In this document: positions 51,951-64,000 of the stretch, one piece after another
Layout of the letters: every line of letters begins with the position of its first letter
Position numbering within the stretch: position 1 is the stretch's first letter
Source: Blastocystis sp. Blastoise
Taxonomy: Eukaryota; Protista; Bigyra: Opalinata
Direction: 5' to 3'
Assembly: GCA_039096225.1 (NCBI GenBank)
Contig: JBBPEB010000011.1
Coordinates: 744,001 to 808,000 of the forward strand
Length of the DNA: 64,000 bases
Made by a program: the position numbers and the translations under genes
The notes under the pieces: generated by a model
Told to the model about the DNA's origin: nothing
The model's input: the letters and a program-made list of their open reading frames with translations, nothing else
Databases searched by the model: none

Positions 51951-53256
51951 TAAAAATTCATTTTTAAATTTTTTTTTTAATTTTTATGACTCAGTACTAA
52001 AGTAACAAGTTTTAACAATTATATATTACACTATTGACACAACATTATTGTATCCCACTACTTTCAGGTTTTAAAAAATTACTCATTTTTGTTGACTCTC
52101 TGATCTGTTTATATTCTGTTCTAAAAACTATTAATTCTGACATAAAACGTTTTTATAATACATAATTCACTCTCAAAACAACTTTTTAAAAGACTTTTCT
52201 TTGATTCTGAGGAAAAGTAGTTTTTTTATAAGTTTTGACATACTCTTTGTATGCGGAACTTTAAGTCATGATAGAATAAAATGAAAAAAGTCTTTTAAAA
52301 CTCTTATGTCGTCTGATATATAATAAAATATAAATAGACTCACTTTTAAACAATAAAAATATTCCCGTAAATATTTTAAAAATTCAAAACTCTGGTCTGA
52401 TTGCCCATGGAACAAATAGGCTCGGTTCAATTTTTCAGTGTAAAAAAAATATAAATTTTTGACTTTTTGACTGAATTTTGGTTTTGTCCCATAGAGGTCA
52501 GCTTATTCACTTTTAATCATATATGTGACTATGAGAGGGTCTAAACTTTAAACAGAGCAACAAAAGGTTTTAAAATATTGACCCCAATATTTGTCGGAAT
52601 TGCGACTTTAAAATAAATAAAAACGTTTTTGATATTGTGTGACCCACTGATATAAAAAAATAATGTTAATTCTTTAATAAAATTTGTCTAACAGGGTCTT
52701 TGTGTCTAAATCAACAGTCGACTTATAAATTTTGTGAAAATTTTCATTTTTTTGCCTAAGTCTTTTTTTTATTCAAATTTTATTGGCTGAATAAGTTCTG
52801 AACGAAAATTAGCCAATCAAAAAGCTTTAAAAATTAAAAAGTGCCTCATAGTGAATCATTCCTATTAATAGCATTGTTTTTGTTTATATGTTAATGAATT
52901 TGTAACAAAAGTTAAAAAATTATTTAAAACAATAATTTTAAAGAATAATTGGTTTCACTTAAACTAATAATAATTTTAAAAAACAATTGAAATACTCGAG
53001 CTAGTATCTATAAATAATATACATGAATAAAAAATAATACACTCCAGTGGATACAAAATAATACAAATTTAAAAAAACAATAATATTAAAAAAGAAAAAA
53101 ATATAAATAATTAAAGAAATTTATTTATATATAAATAACCAAATTATTTATACAATATAATTAAATATAATTTTAAAATAGCACAAATAAATCTCTCTAT
53201 ATATATTGAAAAATACATAGACGAGACAATAAATGAATAAATAAAATTGAATAAAT

Positions 53257-55879
53257 TTATTTTGTTGATTTCTTTTCGATAATTTTTAAGAATACTCTAA
53301 CAATATGATCTATTGTATTCTTTACTTGTCTATCTATATAATCATCTTTAAAACTAACAAAGAAATCACTTATTGTTTGGAAAACATTCTTTTCTTCATT
53401 TATGAAGTCATTCTCATTATTTTTTTCATTATTATTATTAACATTATTATTATTTTCATCATTATCATTATCATCATCATCTTCTTGAATATTTTCATCA
53501 TTCTCGCTATCATCTTGAATAGATGTTTCTATATTATTATTATCATTATTGTTATTATCTATATCTATATCAATATCTATATTTTGATTTGAACTATTAT
53601 TATTATTTGTTTGTATGGAATTATTCATAGTATTATTATTACTATTATTATTATTCAATTGAGAATTCAATTCAGTCATTTCTATCTGTTGGCCAATTAA
53701 ATAATGAATACTTTCAATTCGAGTTCTTAATCTTTCTAAAGAAGCTTGTTCATCACCTTGCATATACTCTTCTTTTTCTTCTTCTTCTACTTCTTGTTCT
53801 ATATCCATTAACGCTCTTGGAGTTAAATAACCATAACAATTTGTTAAATATTGACCAATAAGGTGATTATATACAAATATAGGATTACTACGACACCAAA
53901 AAGGTATATCTAAATCATCTTTTGTTAAATCTAATAAACGTACAGAAGTAGAAGAAGAAGCAGGTAAAAACTATAGAGAGATAATAATATATTTTATATT
54001 AAAATGGAGAATAAATTTTTAAAAATATATCAACTTTAATATATTTTATTTAACTAAATATAAAATAAAAAATGTATAGTTATATATTATATACTTGATA
54101 ATAAACTCCAAATGGTTTATATACAATCATTTCAGAAAATGGTTCAACAAATTTTTGTGGACCTTTTTGAAAGGCTTCTTTTATACTATATATATATATA
54201 TATATATAATATTTAGTGAACTTCAATAGAATACCTTTTACTTAAAGTTTCTGTTAATTGAAAAACAAAACCTATATTATTATTATAAATATAATAAATA
54301 TAATAAATATAATAAATATAATAAGTATAACAAATATAATAAAAAAAATAATATAATATAATATAATATATATACTATTTTATAATATAATAAAACACAT
54401 ATAAAATAAAAAACAATATATATATATACCTAGACCATAGGGAGTGCTACTAAGAGGTACGGGGTCATTTAAATTCATAAAATTCAGCACTTCATTATAT
54501 TCTTTAAATACTGACTGAAATCCTTCTGAAAAACAAAAAGGAGTACCAAATGTTACTGCATAACAATCAAAGTCAGGCATATACTATATATATTATATAG
54601 TATCTATAATACTATTAGTTAAAAATTAATAATAATCATTAAATCTAATATATATATTATTAAAAAAAAAGAATACTTATATTAATAAATATACTTGTTT
54701 AAAAAGTACATATAAAACATGTGCTACAGCTCCCCCAAGGGAGTGCCCTCCAATAACAATACGAAGGGGTTTACAATCTGTAGATAATAAATGTCGATCA
54801 CTTTTAGAAAATGAACGATGAGAAGAACGGCGTTTACTCTCTTTTTCTAAATATTCTATTACTTTTTGGATTTTATCATATATTTCATTAAATATCATCT
54901 TTGCCATTTCAAAAAATCCTATATATATTATTTATAATAAAATTCATGTATATCATTATAAATAAAATAAATTCTTGTATATCATTATAAATAAAATAAA
55001 TTCATTCATATCATTATAATTAAAATAAATTCATTTATATCATTATAAATAATAAAAACTATTAAAATTTATTCGGAAGAACTTTTAAAAAATACCTGAA
55101 TGAACTTTACCAAATAAGAAATTAGAATTAATACAATGGCAATCAACATTAAAATCTTCAACAGATCTTGTTCCTGTAACAATAATATAAAATGTTTGTG
55201 TATGAGCCATATAATAGACTAAGTAATTAAGTTGTTGACAAGCAGCAACTACTTGTAATCCAGTTCGCTTGAATTTTGGAAGTAAAAGTGATAATGGGTA
55301 AACAATTAAGAAAAAAAATATTATTTACATTTAGTGAATAAATAAAAAGTATATACGAAACATCCTATATACTAAATATATAAAATAAAAATTTAAAAAA
55401 GGATATATTTTTGTGTTCAAATGCATGAAGTGCTTCAACAACGAAAATAGCATCCAAATAATGAATCTTTGTGTTTAGAATAGGAATTTCTGATTGTGTA
55501 CTTTCTGTGATTTGACCTTGATCATATTTCTCACATGAATCTATGTTTTAAAAAATACAAATGAATCATTATAATAATTAGAAAAATGCTTATTTACTTA
55601 TTTTCAAAGGAGTAACTTCTTTTGTAATTTGATGAGTCACTCTTTTCTTTAATTCACTGTAAGATTCGTTGTCAACAAAATATTTCTTGTAGTTTTTCAT
55701 ATCAAGTAATGAACGTGGAAGGTGATAATTCTCAGTATCAGGTAAAACTGTAGACGATAACCATTGATCGAAAACAGCTTGTGCGTCAATATTCTAATAT
55801 TTAAAGTATAGAATGTGATATATATAAATGTTTATAAATCTACAAATTGATTATCTATTCCTAATTGCTTCTCTTCCAT
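53257..55879 (-). CDS. Class 3 (fungal-type) lipase, alpha/beta hydrolase (9 exons)
   Basis: IIVTGTRSVEDFNVD, GKVHSGF, IVIGGHSLGGAVA, AVTFGTP, NLNDPVP and a downstream His (NHLIGQY). Confidence 0.9.
55298..55406 (-). other. U12-type AT-AC intron
   Basis: 5' ATATCCTTTT, branch-like TTTCTTAAT, 3' TGTTTAC. Removal gives in-frame FEHKN|PLSLLLPK. Confidence 0.92.
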
Positions 55880-56711
55880 TTTATAATATATAAAATAAAT
55901 AAGAATATTTTTCTTAGAAGAAAACTTATATATTTTAAAAAAAGAAGCAAAAGAATTTCGATTTGATGACATCAAAAGTCAGTCAATCCTATAAATAGGT
56001 TCAGTTTAACCTAATGAAATAAGTTCTTTTTTATTCTTTTTAACTAGTTTCTTCAAGAAATATGGCATAATTCTTCTTCTTATTTCATATATATATTATA
56101 ATTCACATAAAAATATATATATTATATCTAGAACCTCAAATAAAACACTATATAAACGTATTTATATGGAAAAGAATCCGTATAAGAATTTGTATTTTTC
56201 TAAAATAACTAATAATGCAATTTCATTGGATAGTTTTCAATAAGTATCCAATAATCAGGTGAGTCCGACTGAAATGACGTATGAATGACAAAACAAATAA
56301 AAAAAATTTATCGAAAAAGGATGACGTTATTTAAAGATAGTACTGACGTCGTATAAGTGTTAGCAGTGGTCAGTAGTTCATATAATGAAGCTTTCAAGGA
56401 AAATAAAACACAACACTATTCACAATTAGGGTTTTCTCGACATAAATATTGGTTCATAACCATTTCATAAGCTCACAAAATTGTTTACATTTGAGAATAT
56501 AAGCAAGAAATACAAAAATAAAAGTAAAATAGTTAAAAATTACTAGATATGAAAAGAAATAAAAGGTGAAATGAAATATAAAGGAAATTTAAGAAACAAT
56601 TAAATATAATTTTCAAGTAGATATAAGTATAATTACTAACATTAGATAAAAAGGAACAATTCTTTCTTAGAAATATAGAATAAATAAAAAGAAAGAGTAT
56701 TTTTTAATTGT

Positions 56712-59678
56712 TTAGATATATCTAGTAATAACAGGAATATTACGTGTAGAATTAAGGAATATAATTGGAGGAAGATTATTACCAATAGTTTTTACCATAT
56801 GGATCTATGATAAACATAAGAAATATAAATATTTTTCAAATAAAAAATATATATATATGTTATAAATTATAAAAATATAATATAGTATAGAGTATAGAGT
56901 ATATATACATATTCTCTATCACTTTGATAATCTTCAACTTGAGGAGGTAAATCTAAAGGATAGAAAATAATTCTAGTTTTATCACTCTTTGAATAAATAA
57001 TATTATTAATATATTGACTACGAATCTCAGTTGGTAAATTATTAAATGCTATAAAATAGGGAATAAATATTATTTATATTATTATTATTATTATATATAC
57101 GTGTTTCTTTATTTTGAACATCATGAGGTTCAACTTCAATAATCTATATATAATAATTATAATTAGAATATTAATAATAATAATATAAACTAATAAGAAA
57201 TATATAATATAAACAATAATAATAATAATAATATATATATATATACTTCATATTCTGCTTCAATACGGACTTCATTCAATAAATCTTTAAGTTTTTGTTC
57301 TATATCTACTTTTTGTCTTCTCCCACGGGGATATATCTTGGTAGCATCAAATAATTGAATAATACGAATTTTTTGATATTTCCAATTAATATTACGATGT
57401 AATATATAAGCAAATTGTAATAAAATAGATAAATAACCATCAAATTCTTTTTCCCATTTCCAGTCTCCAATAATATAAATATCAATATACCCTTGTTCTT
57501 TCTTATTAGGAATAACAGAATCCCAACGAATATTTGCAGAATTAATACTTAATGTCGAATAATTCATAGCTAAACCAGCTATTTTTTGTAATTTTAATAT
57601 TTCACGAATTGTAGACGTATATTGAGACGAAGAAGGGTAAGGAAGAGATGGCTATATATATATTATTATTATTATTATTAGTATTATAAAGTAGGAAAAG
57701 AAATATTCAATTGATATATATATAATATTATAAGTATATATATATATACTTGTTCAAATTCCATAAGATTAAAATTATTATCTTTTTTATCAATATAATT
57801 ATAATAATCTTGTGACTTATCAGTATTAATACTCTTACCAGCTTCATCAAGAATAGGTAAAATAATAGTATTTGGAGATAAAGCACCAATTCCCGCGGTT
57901 AATAATAGATTTTTAAATCCAGAAAGGAAACTATCAGCATAGATAACTTGAGGGAATGCTTTTAATTTATACTATATACATATATATTAATGAAATTGTT
58001 TGTATAAATATTTTAAAAAAAATAATAATAATACATATGTATATTATATACATGTTCAATAAGTCCTGATAAGAAGTGTTTATATTGAGCAACATGAATA
58101 GCTTCTTCTCCTTCTTTATATACTTTTCCATCAACAATAATATCATTATAATAATCTTTATCTTTTAATATACTCTCAATAATATCTTTACGACTTAAAT
58201 TCTTTACTAAATATGGATTTGATTGGTTGTCAGGGATTCCCACGGGGGAAGGCGTATCACTATGAGGAGATGTAAGTACCTCCTTGTGATCTTGTATGGC
58301 CTTTAATATAGCTAAATTCTTATTATCTATATTATATAAGTCATATTACATATAATAATATAATAATATAATAATACCAATATGTATATAATAATACGAA
58401 TATGTATATAATATATAATATATATATAATGATATAATAATAATATATATATAATAATACCAATATGTATATCTCCAAGTATATATAGTCCTCCCTTCTT
58501 AAGTACATTACATAGATCTACAAGAGGAGTAACAGAAGGATTAGCATACCATAATAATATAGAAGGACGCCAAAACTTAGGATGCTCTCTCTTCTCATCT
58601 AATTTTAATAAAGATTTACGTATCTATATATATATATAAATGTATAGATTTATTTAATTAAATAATGTTAATATATATATATATATATAATACTATAAAT
58701 ATAAATATAAAAATAATAGTATATATAAATAAAATTTTAAATATAAATATAATAATATAATAGTATATATATATATATATATATACATTATGATACATAA
58801 GTGCTTGACCGATATCTCCCCATTCTTGTTGGGGACATGTATAGAGAAGATATACATATACAAATATAAGCACACCAAAACTAATAATAGCTTTAATATA
58901 ATCAAAATAAAAGACTAATCCGAAATTGAGTAGAATACCAAGAATACAAGTAAATATACTATATGCCCTAAAGAATAATAATAATAATTATTATTATTAT
59001 TATTATATAATATATAATATAATAAATATAATATAATAAATATAATATATAATATAATATATACTTAAATCTAGGTCTAAAATTAGGTGCTCCATTGAGT
59101 TTCAGAATAAGACAAGAGACATTAACTAATCCATAAGAGATACAGAAGAAATTAGTCATAATTGGAGCAATAGAGTGATTAGTTATAGAATACTAGTATC
59201 ATCATAATAGTATATAGAAGAGAACAAGTATATAATAAATAGAATACATAAAATAGATTTATAATAAATAGAATAATAATAAAAAAAAAGATATTTCAAG
59301 ATCACCAACAAATAATAAAATTTCACAAAGAGCAAAAGTGAGAATAACCGCGATTCTAGGCTCATTTCCTTTACCATAACCTTTACCAAATATACGAAGG
59401 AAAGGGAAAATATTATCACGAGCAATAGCCTATATATATATATAATATTATTAATGAATATAGAATTAATTATTAAGTTACATATAATAATAATAAATAT
59501 ATATATATATACTTGTAACACTCTGGATCCCCCAATAAAACTACCAAGACCCGCGGAAATAGATACAATAATAACACCGACCATAACAATATAGGGACTG
59601 AAACCTATAGAATTATTATTATCAATAAAATAGAACAAAATAGACTGAATGAAGAGTATAATATTGATAGTAATATAT

Positions 59679-59714
<36 letters not shown>

Positions 59715-60258
59715 ATGTCAAATAAATAATATTAATTGTATATATAGGTCATACCAACTTCTTGCATAGGTATATAAGCGTTATTAATAAGAGTATCACG
59801 GTTAAGACAGAAAGCAAAAGAAGTGAATAGAACAACATAATGAGCAATAGAAGCAAATACAGCATATAATGTACCACGACCTAAATCACGACCTATATAT
59901 ATATATATTATATATTTATTGTATATATTATTTTGCAAATATATATATATATAATATTAATAATAATAATAGTATTATATATATACCAGGGTTTTCAAGA
60001 TCTCCACTAAGATTAGCACCTTCCATAATACCTGTCATAGCAGGGAATATCAACGCAAATACACTCTGAAATGTATTCGTTCCAGATAACCTATATATAA
60101 GTATATAGATATATATATATGATTATTATTATACTATATGTATATATGATTATTATTATACTATATATATATATTATTATTATTATACTATATATATATA
60201 TAATTGTTATTATACTATATATATATATATAATTATTATTATACTATATATATAAATG

Positions 60259-60298
<40 letters not shown>

Positions 60299-60602
60299 CT
60301 GAGGATAAAGATTATCTTTAAAAGTATCAAAACTCATTCCTGTATAATTACCACCTCCAGGAAGTACCTATATATATAAAGAATAATAATTATTATTATA
60401 AATAGAATAAATAGAATAATAATCATTTATAATAAATATAATAAAACATATATAATAATATATAGAACTTACAGTAGGTGATCTAAACCACATAGAGCCA
60501 ATACTAAGCCATATAGTAGCTAATTGACCAATCCAAAGAAGACCGTTAATCTTACCATACCCTTCAGCACCAATCATAGCAACATAAAATATAATTATGG
60601 AA

Positions 60603-60641
<39 letters not shown>

Positions 60642-61257
60642 TAGAAAACATATATTTATATATATAATTATTGAAAAGATATTATAAAAACAATAAGTAA
60701 TCCGACAGTAGCAATTAAAATATTCCATCTATCATCTCCAGGGAAGAAAGTAGTAGCAATTTCAGTTACAAAACCTTTAGATTTAAATAAAATATAATAC
60801 AATATACAAAATAAACAAAATAAAAATATATATATATATAAAATGATATACCAGTAATATGAAAAGCTGCACCACAAGTATAAGCAGTATAGAATAAAAT
60901 ACCCATAGCACCACCAAATTCAGGACCCAGTGAACGACTAATCATATAATAAGCACCTCCACCACTCATTCTTCCATTTGTACATAATGCGCTTAATGAT
61001 AAAGTAGTAGTAATACTTAAGGTTTCACCAATACAGAACATGGCAAGTGTACCAAGCCATCCAACTTCACCAACAACCCAAGAAACTTTCAGATACACAA
61101 GAATTCCCATGATATGTAGCATACATGGAATGATAACACCATTAAATAAATGTAATTTATTACCTTCTTGATGAATTTCACCAGCATCAAAAGACGATGT
61201 TCTTGACATTGGTGAGTTAATCTTAATCAAAGGTTCAAATATTTCTTTTCCACTCAT
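56712..61257 (-). CDS. SLC12 cation-chloride cotransporter (SLC12A9/Vhc1-like; about 17 exons)
   Basis: [112 protein letters not shown] and LPPIIF; stop at 56712-56714. Confidence 0.95.
59175..59294 (-). other. U12-type AT-AC intron
   Basis: 5' ATATCTTTTT, branch-like TTCTATAAC, 3' TAATCAC. Removal restores the conserved GDLE|[10 protein letters not shown]. Confidence 0.9.
60584..60682 (-). other. U12-type intron with non-canonical AT-AT termini
   Basis: 5' ATATCTTTTC, branch-like TTTTCCATAAT, 3' TTTTAT. The gap contains no AG and has an in-frame TAA. Removal gives LLIVFI|VAMIGAEG. Confidence 0.78.
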
Positions 61258-62243
61258 TGTAGTTTAGGAAAGATATAAATTAAAATTGATTACACTTTTT
61301 CTCTTGTTATTTTTTTTATTTAGAATCAGAAAAAGAGAATCACGATTATTTCAGTGTATTAATATCAGAAAATAAATTTTTTCGTATTTATTTTTAAACC
61401 ATAAGAAACCCTACAGATCAAAAGACACAATTGTTGATGCCTAAAAAACACTGTGTTTTTTTACACTTAAACACTTCTATAACCATGTATTCATTATTTA
61501 TAAAGTCTACGTTGAATCTATTCTTATATTAAATCTAATGAATGCAAACATTACATATAAATCAACGATAATGAATATTACAAAACAATTGACTTAGAAA
61601 AACACTCCAGAATTAGTATTCTAATCAATATATGAGAATTGTCCAATCAACAAGCGATATTCCAACAGTTCTATCTATTGATTGGGTGATATTCTTATTT
61701 CCACATCATATCCATAGCATATTTATTCTTGATTAATTCATACTTTTCTATCCTTTTATTCTAAGATTATATAGAATTATACATTCAATTTGATTATATT
61801 TTATAAGTTCAGCATAATAAGTGAAACAAAAACATGTAAAACGCAAAAATAAAACTATAATACATATTAAAAAAATATTATAATTTCATGCATTTATTGC
61901 AAATAAGATAATGTCTACGATATGTATTCTATATATAAACCATTTTTATTTATAAAAGGAAATCATGAACACGGAGTTCATCAAAAATGGTATTAATTCA
62001 TGTTCAAATTCATAATTATCTTTAAGACACTATTTATAGAATTTAATGTTCATCATTGATTTTCTTGAATAGTATCAATTGAACAAACTAACAATAAATA
62101 TTCTAAAATGGGGTTTTTCGAGGAATCAGGAAAAAATACTGGATTCTGAATTGATTATCGTTGGATTCCCGTGAACATATTCGGAAACCAGACTCATGAT
62201 AGAACAATCGTGTTTCAATTTATAATTGATTTGTTTGCGTCTA

Positions 62244-64000
62244 ATGAATAGTTTTTTGTTTATTTTGATATTCTTTCTGACATTAGCAAATTGTATGCCT
62301 TATGTTTAAAATGTTTCTATTTTGATATAGCTCAGATTGCTTGTAAAGAAAATGAATATGTTGGTATTATTCAAAAGATATATACTGGCTATGCTGAGGA
62401 TGAGTCTTATGAAATATGGAAAGGAGATAATAGTACTGGATCTCTTGTTTATTCATATCATGGTCAAAACAATGATACTTTAACGACTACAAGAGTTTTT
62501 AAATGCTTTGAAGAAGCTCAATATACTATGATTCTGAAATCTGAGTAAGTTTTAATGAGTATTCTATAAAAAGTATATATCATTGTTAACATATAGTGAT
62601 GGATATGGTTGGGGAACTTCATATAGTCCTTCTAGATTATCTGTGATCTATGGAGATACAGAACTTGTTCATGCTACAATTGATTGGAAATATAATAGTG
62701 AACGTTATGAAAAAATTATTTCATTTACATGTATATACTATAATTTTAAAGAATATATATTTTGAATATTTTCGTGGAGTTATTATAATATGAAATAATG
62801 ATATAAATAAATGTAATATATTTTATATAGTTCATGTTGATGTTCCTTTTGGTATACAAATAAAATATACAGATATACCCCAAGAAGGAAATGATTGGAA
62901 GTTTCCTGATTATAATGATAGTGATTGGTTGGTTGCGACGAGTGGCCAATTACCTTCTGTCAATGTAACGACTCGTTATTACCGTTTATCTACGTTACTT
63001 CCTGAAAATACATATGCATTAACTTCTATTAATTATATTATACAAACAGATGGAGGTATTATTGTATATACTAATGGAAATGAAGTGTATAAATATAATA
63101 TGCCAATGTATATATTATTTTATTGTTATGTTTATTATTATGTTAACTATGTATATATAGTGGTATTATTAATTCAAAATGTTCAGCTATTCAAGAAACA
63201 CCAGAAGAAAATGAACTTAAAAGGTATTTTATTTATTTTATTTGTTTTGTTTTTATTTTATTTTTATTTTTATTTTGTTTTTATTTTATTTATTTATTTA
63301 TTTTATTTTATTTTATTTTATTTTATTTATTTTATTTTATTATATTTTATTTTATTTTATATATAATATATATATAGTTTTACAATATATAAAGGTTTTA
63401 TTCCATCCGTACAATTTGCTTCTAATGTTATTACTGCTATTGAAATACATGGATATATATCGAAAGATATTCATGAAAAATGTATATTATACATTATTTA
63501 TATATTATATTTTTATTATATATATATTATTATATATTATAGATATTGATATTGAAAGAACAGATATATTTGATATTAGTTTACAATGGATAACACTTGA
63601 AGATGGAGGTATTTTTTTATATTTATAAATTTTTTTATATTTGTTTATATACTATATATATTTATATATATATATATATAGAATGTACAAATAATCGTTT
63701 GTACGAAGGTACATTTGATTGTTCGGAACCCCCAAATCAACCTCTTAACGCTTGTAAACGTATTTATGATAATAGTGTGAAGAGTTATTATGAATCTGCT
63801 AGTGGTAAATCAGTAAATACAACGTATTATCTTCAAAATGGAAGGTATATAGAATATTATATTATATTATATTATAATATTTATTTATTTAATAATAATT
63901 ATTATTATACTAAACTGTTTATTCATAATAATTAATACATATATATATATACTATATAGAAGTGAATATATAAGTGAATATTTTATATCCGTGGGAGAAG
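62244..64000 (+). CDS. Surface/secreted protein, paralog of the 39042-46355 family (5' part; runs off window)
   Basis: Signal peptide MNSFLFILIFFLTLA, YAEDESYEIW, S-SDGYGW, DWKFPDYNDSDW and GGIIVYTNGNEVYKYNMP, a module shared with the upstream gene. Confidence 0.8.

Noticed and set aside
54945-55052. Tandem ~27-bp repeats (similar ones at 24860, 30820, 42690, 43500 and 60110) resembling small arrays
   Set aside because: They are AT-rich intronic slippage duplications without unique spacers; not CRISPR-like.
55960-56352. Cluster of TGACG/TGAC (CRE-like) words upstream of the lipase
   Set aside because: Possibly promoter elements, but too short and variable to support without enrichment statistics.
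58258-58267. CACTATGAGG matching 10 bp of the CACTA TIR
   Set aside because: It lies within an open SLC12 exon (Pro-His-Ser codons) with no partner end or TSD; probably chance.

Overview
AT-rich (roughly 80% AT by eye), intron-dense eukaryotic genomic DNA. It is most consistent with a low-GC Blastocystis/Opalinata-type stramenopile (inference from the He_PIG-repeat surface proteins, TGTTTGTT 3' motifs and minor introns). Most ORF-track entries are microsatellite artefacts or single exons. Manual splicing gives about 16 protein genes: TBL2-like WD40, M17 leucyl aminopeptidase, a split-PH-like protein, an RHBDD1-like rhomboid lacking the catalytic His, ITPK1, SIN3, two hypotheticals, Vta1-like, a THUMP/RlmL-type RNA methyltransferase, RBBP5/Swd1, RBM26/27, two Ig-like surface proteins, a class-3 lipase and an SLC12 cation-chloride cotransporter. 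Two stand-out signals. (1) Two non-autonomous DNA transposons carry decayed, intron-containing cargo: a Mutator-like element (1006-4821, identical 242-bp TIRs, 9-bp TSD) and a CACTA element (46424-52853, 12-bp TIRs, 3-bp TSD). (2) Minor-spliceosome (U12-type) introns are unusually dense: three AT-AC and one AT-AT intron, each needed to restore a reading frame, plus one GT-AG candidate. All gene models and family calls come from manual reading and motif recognition, not database searches.
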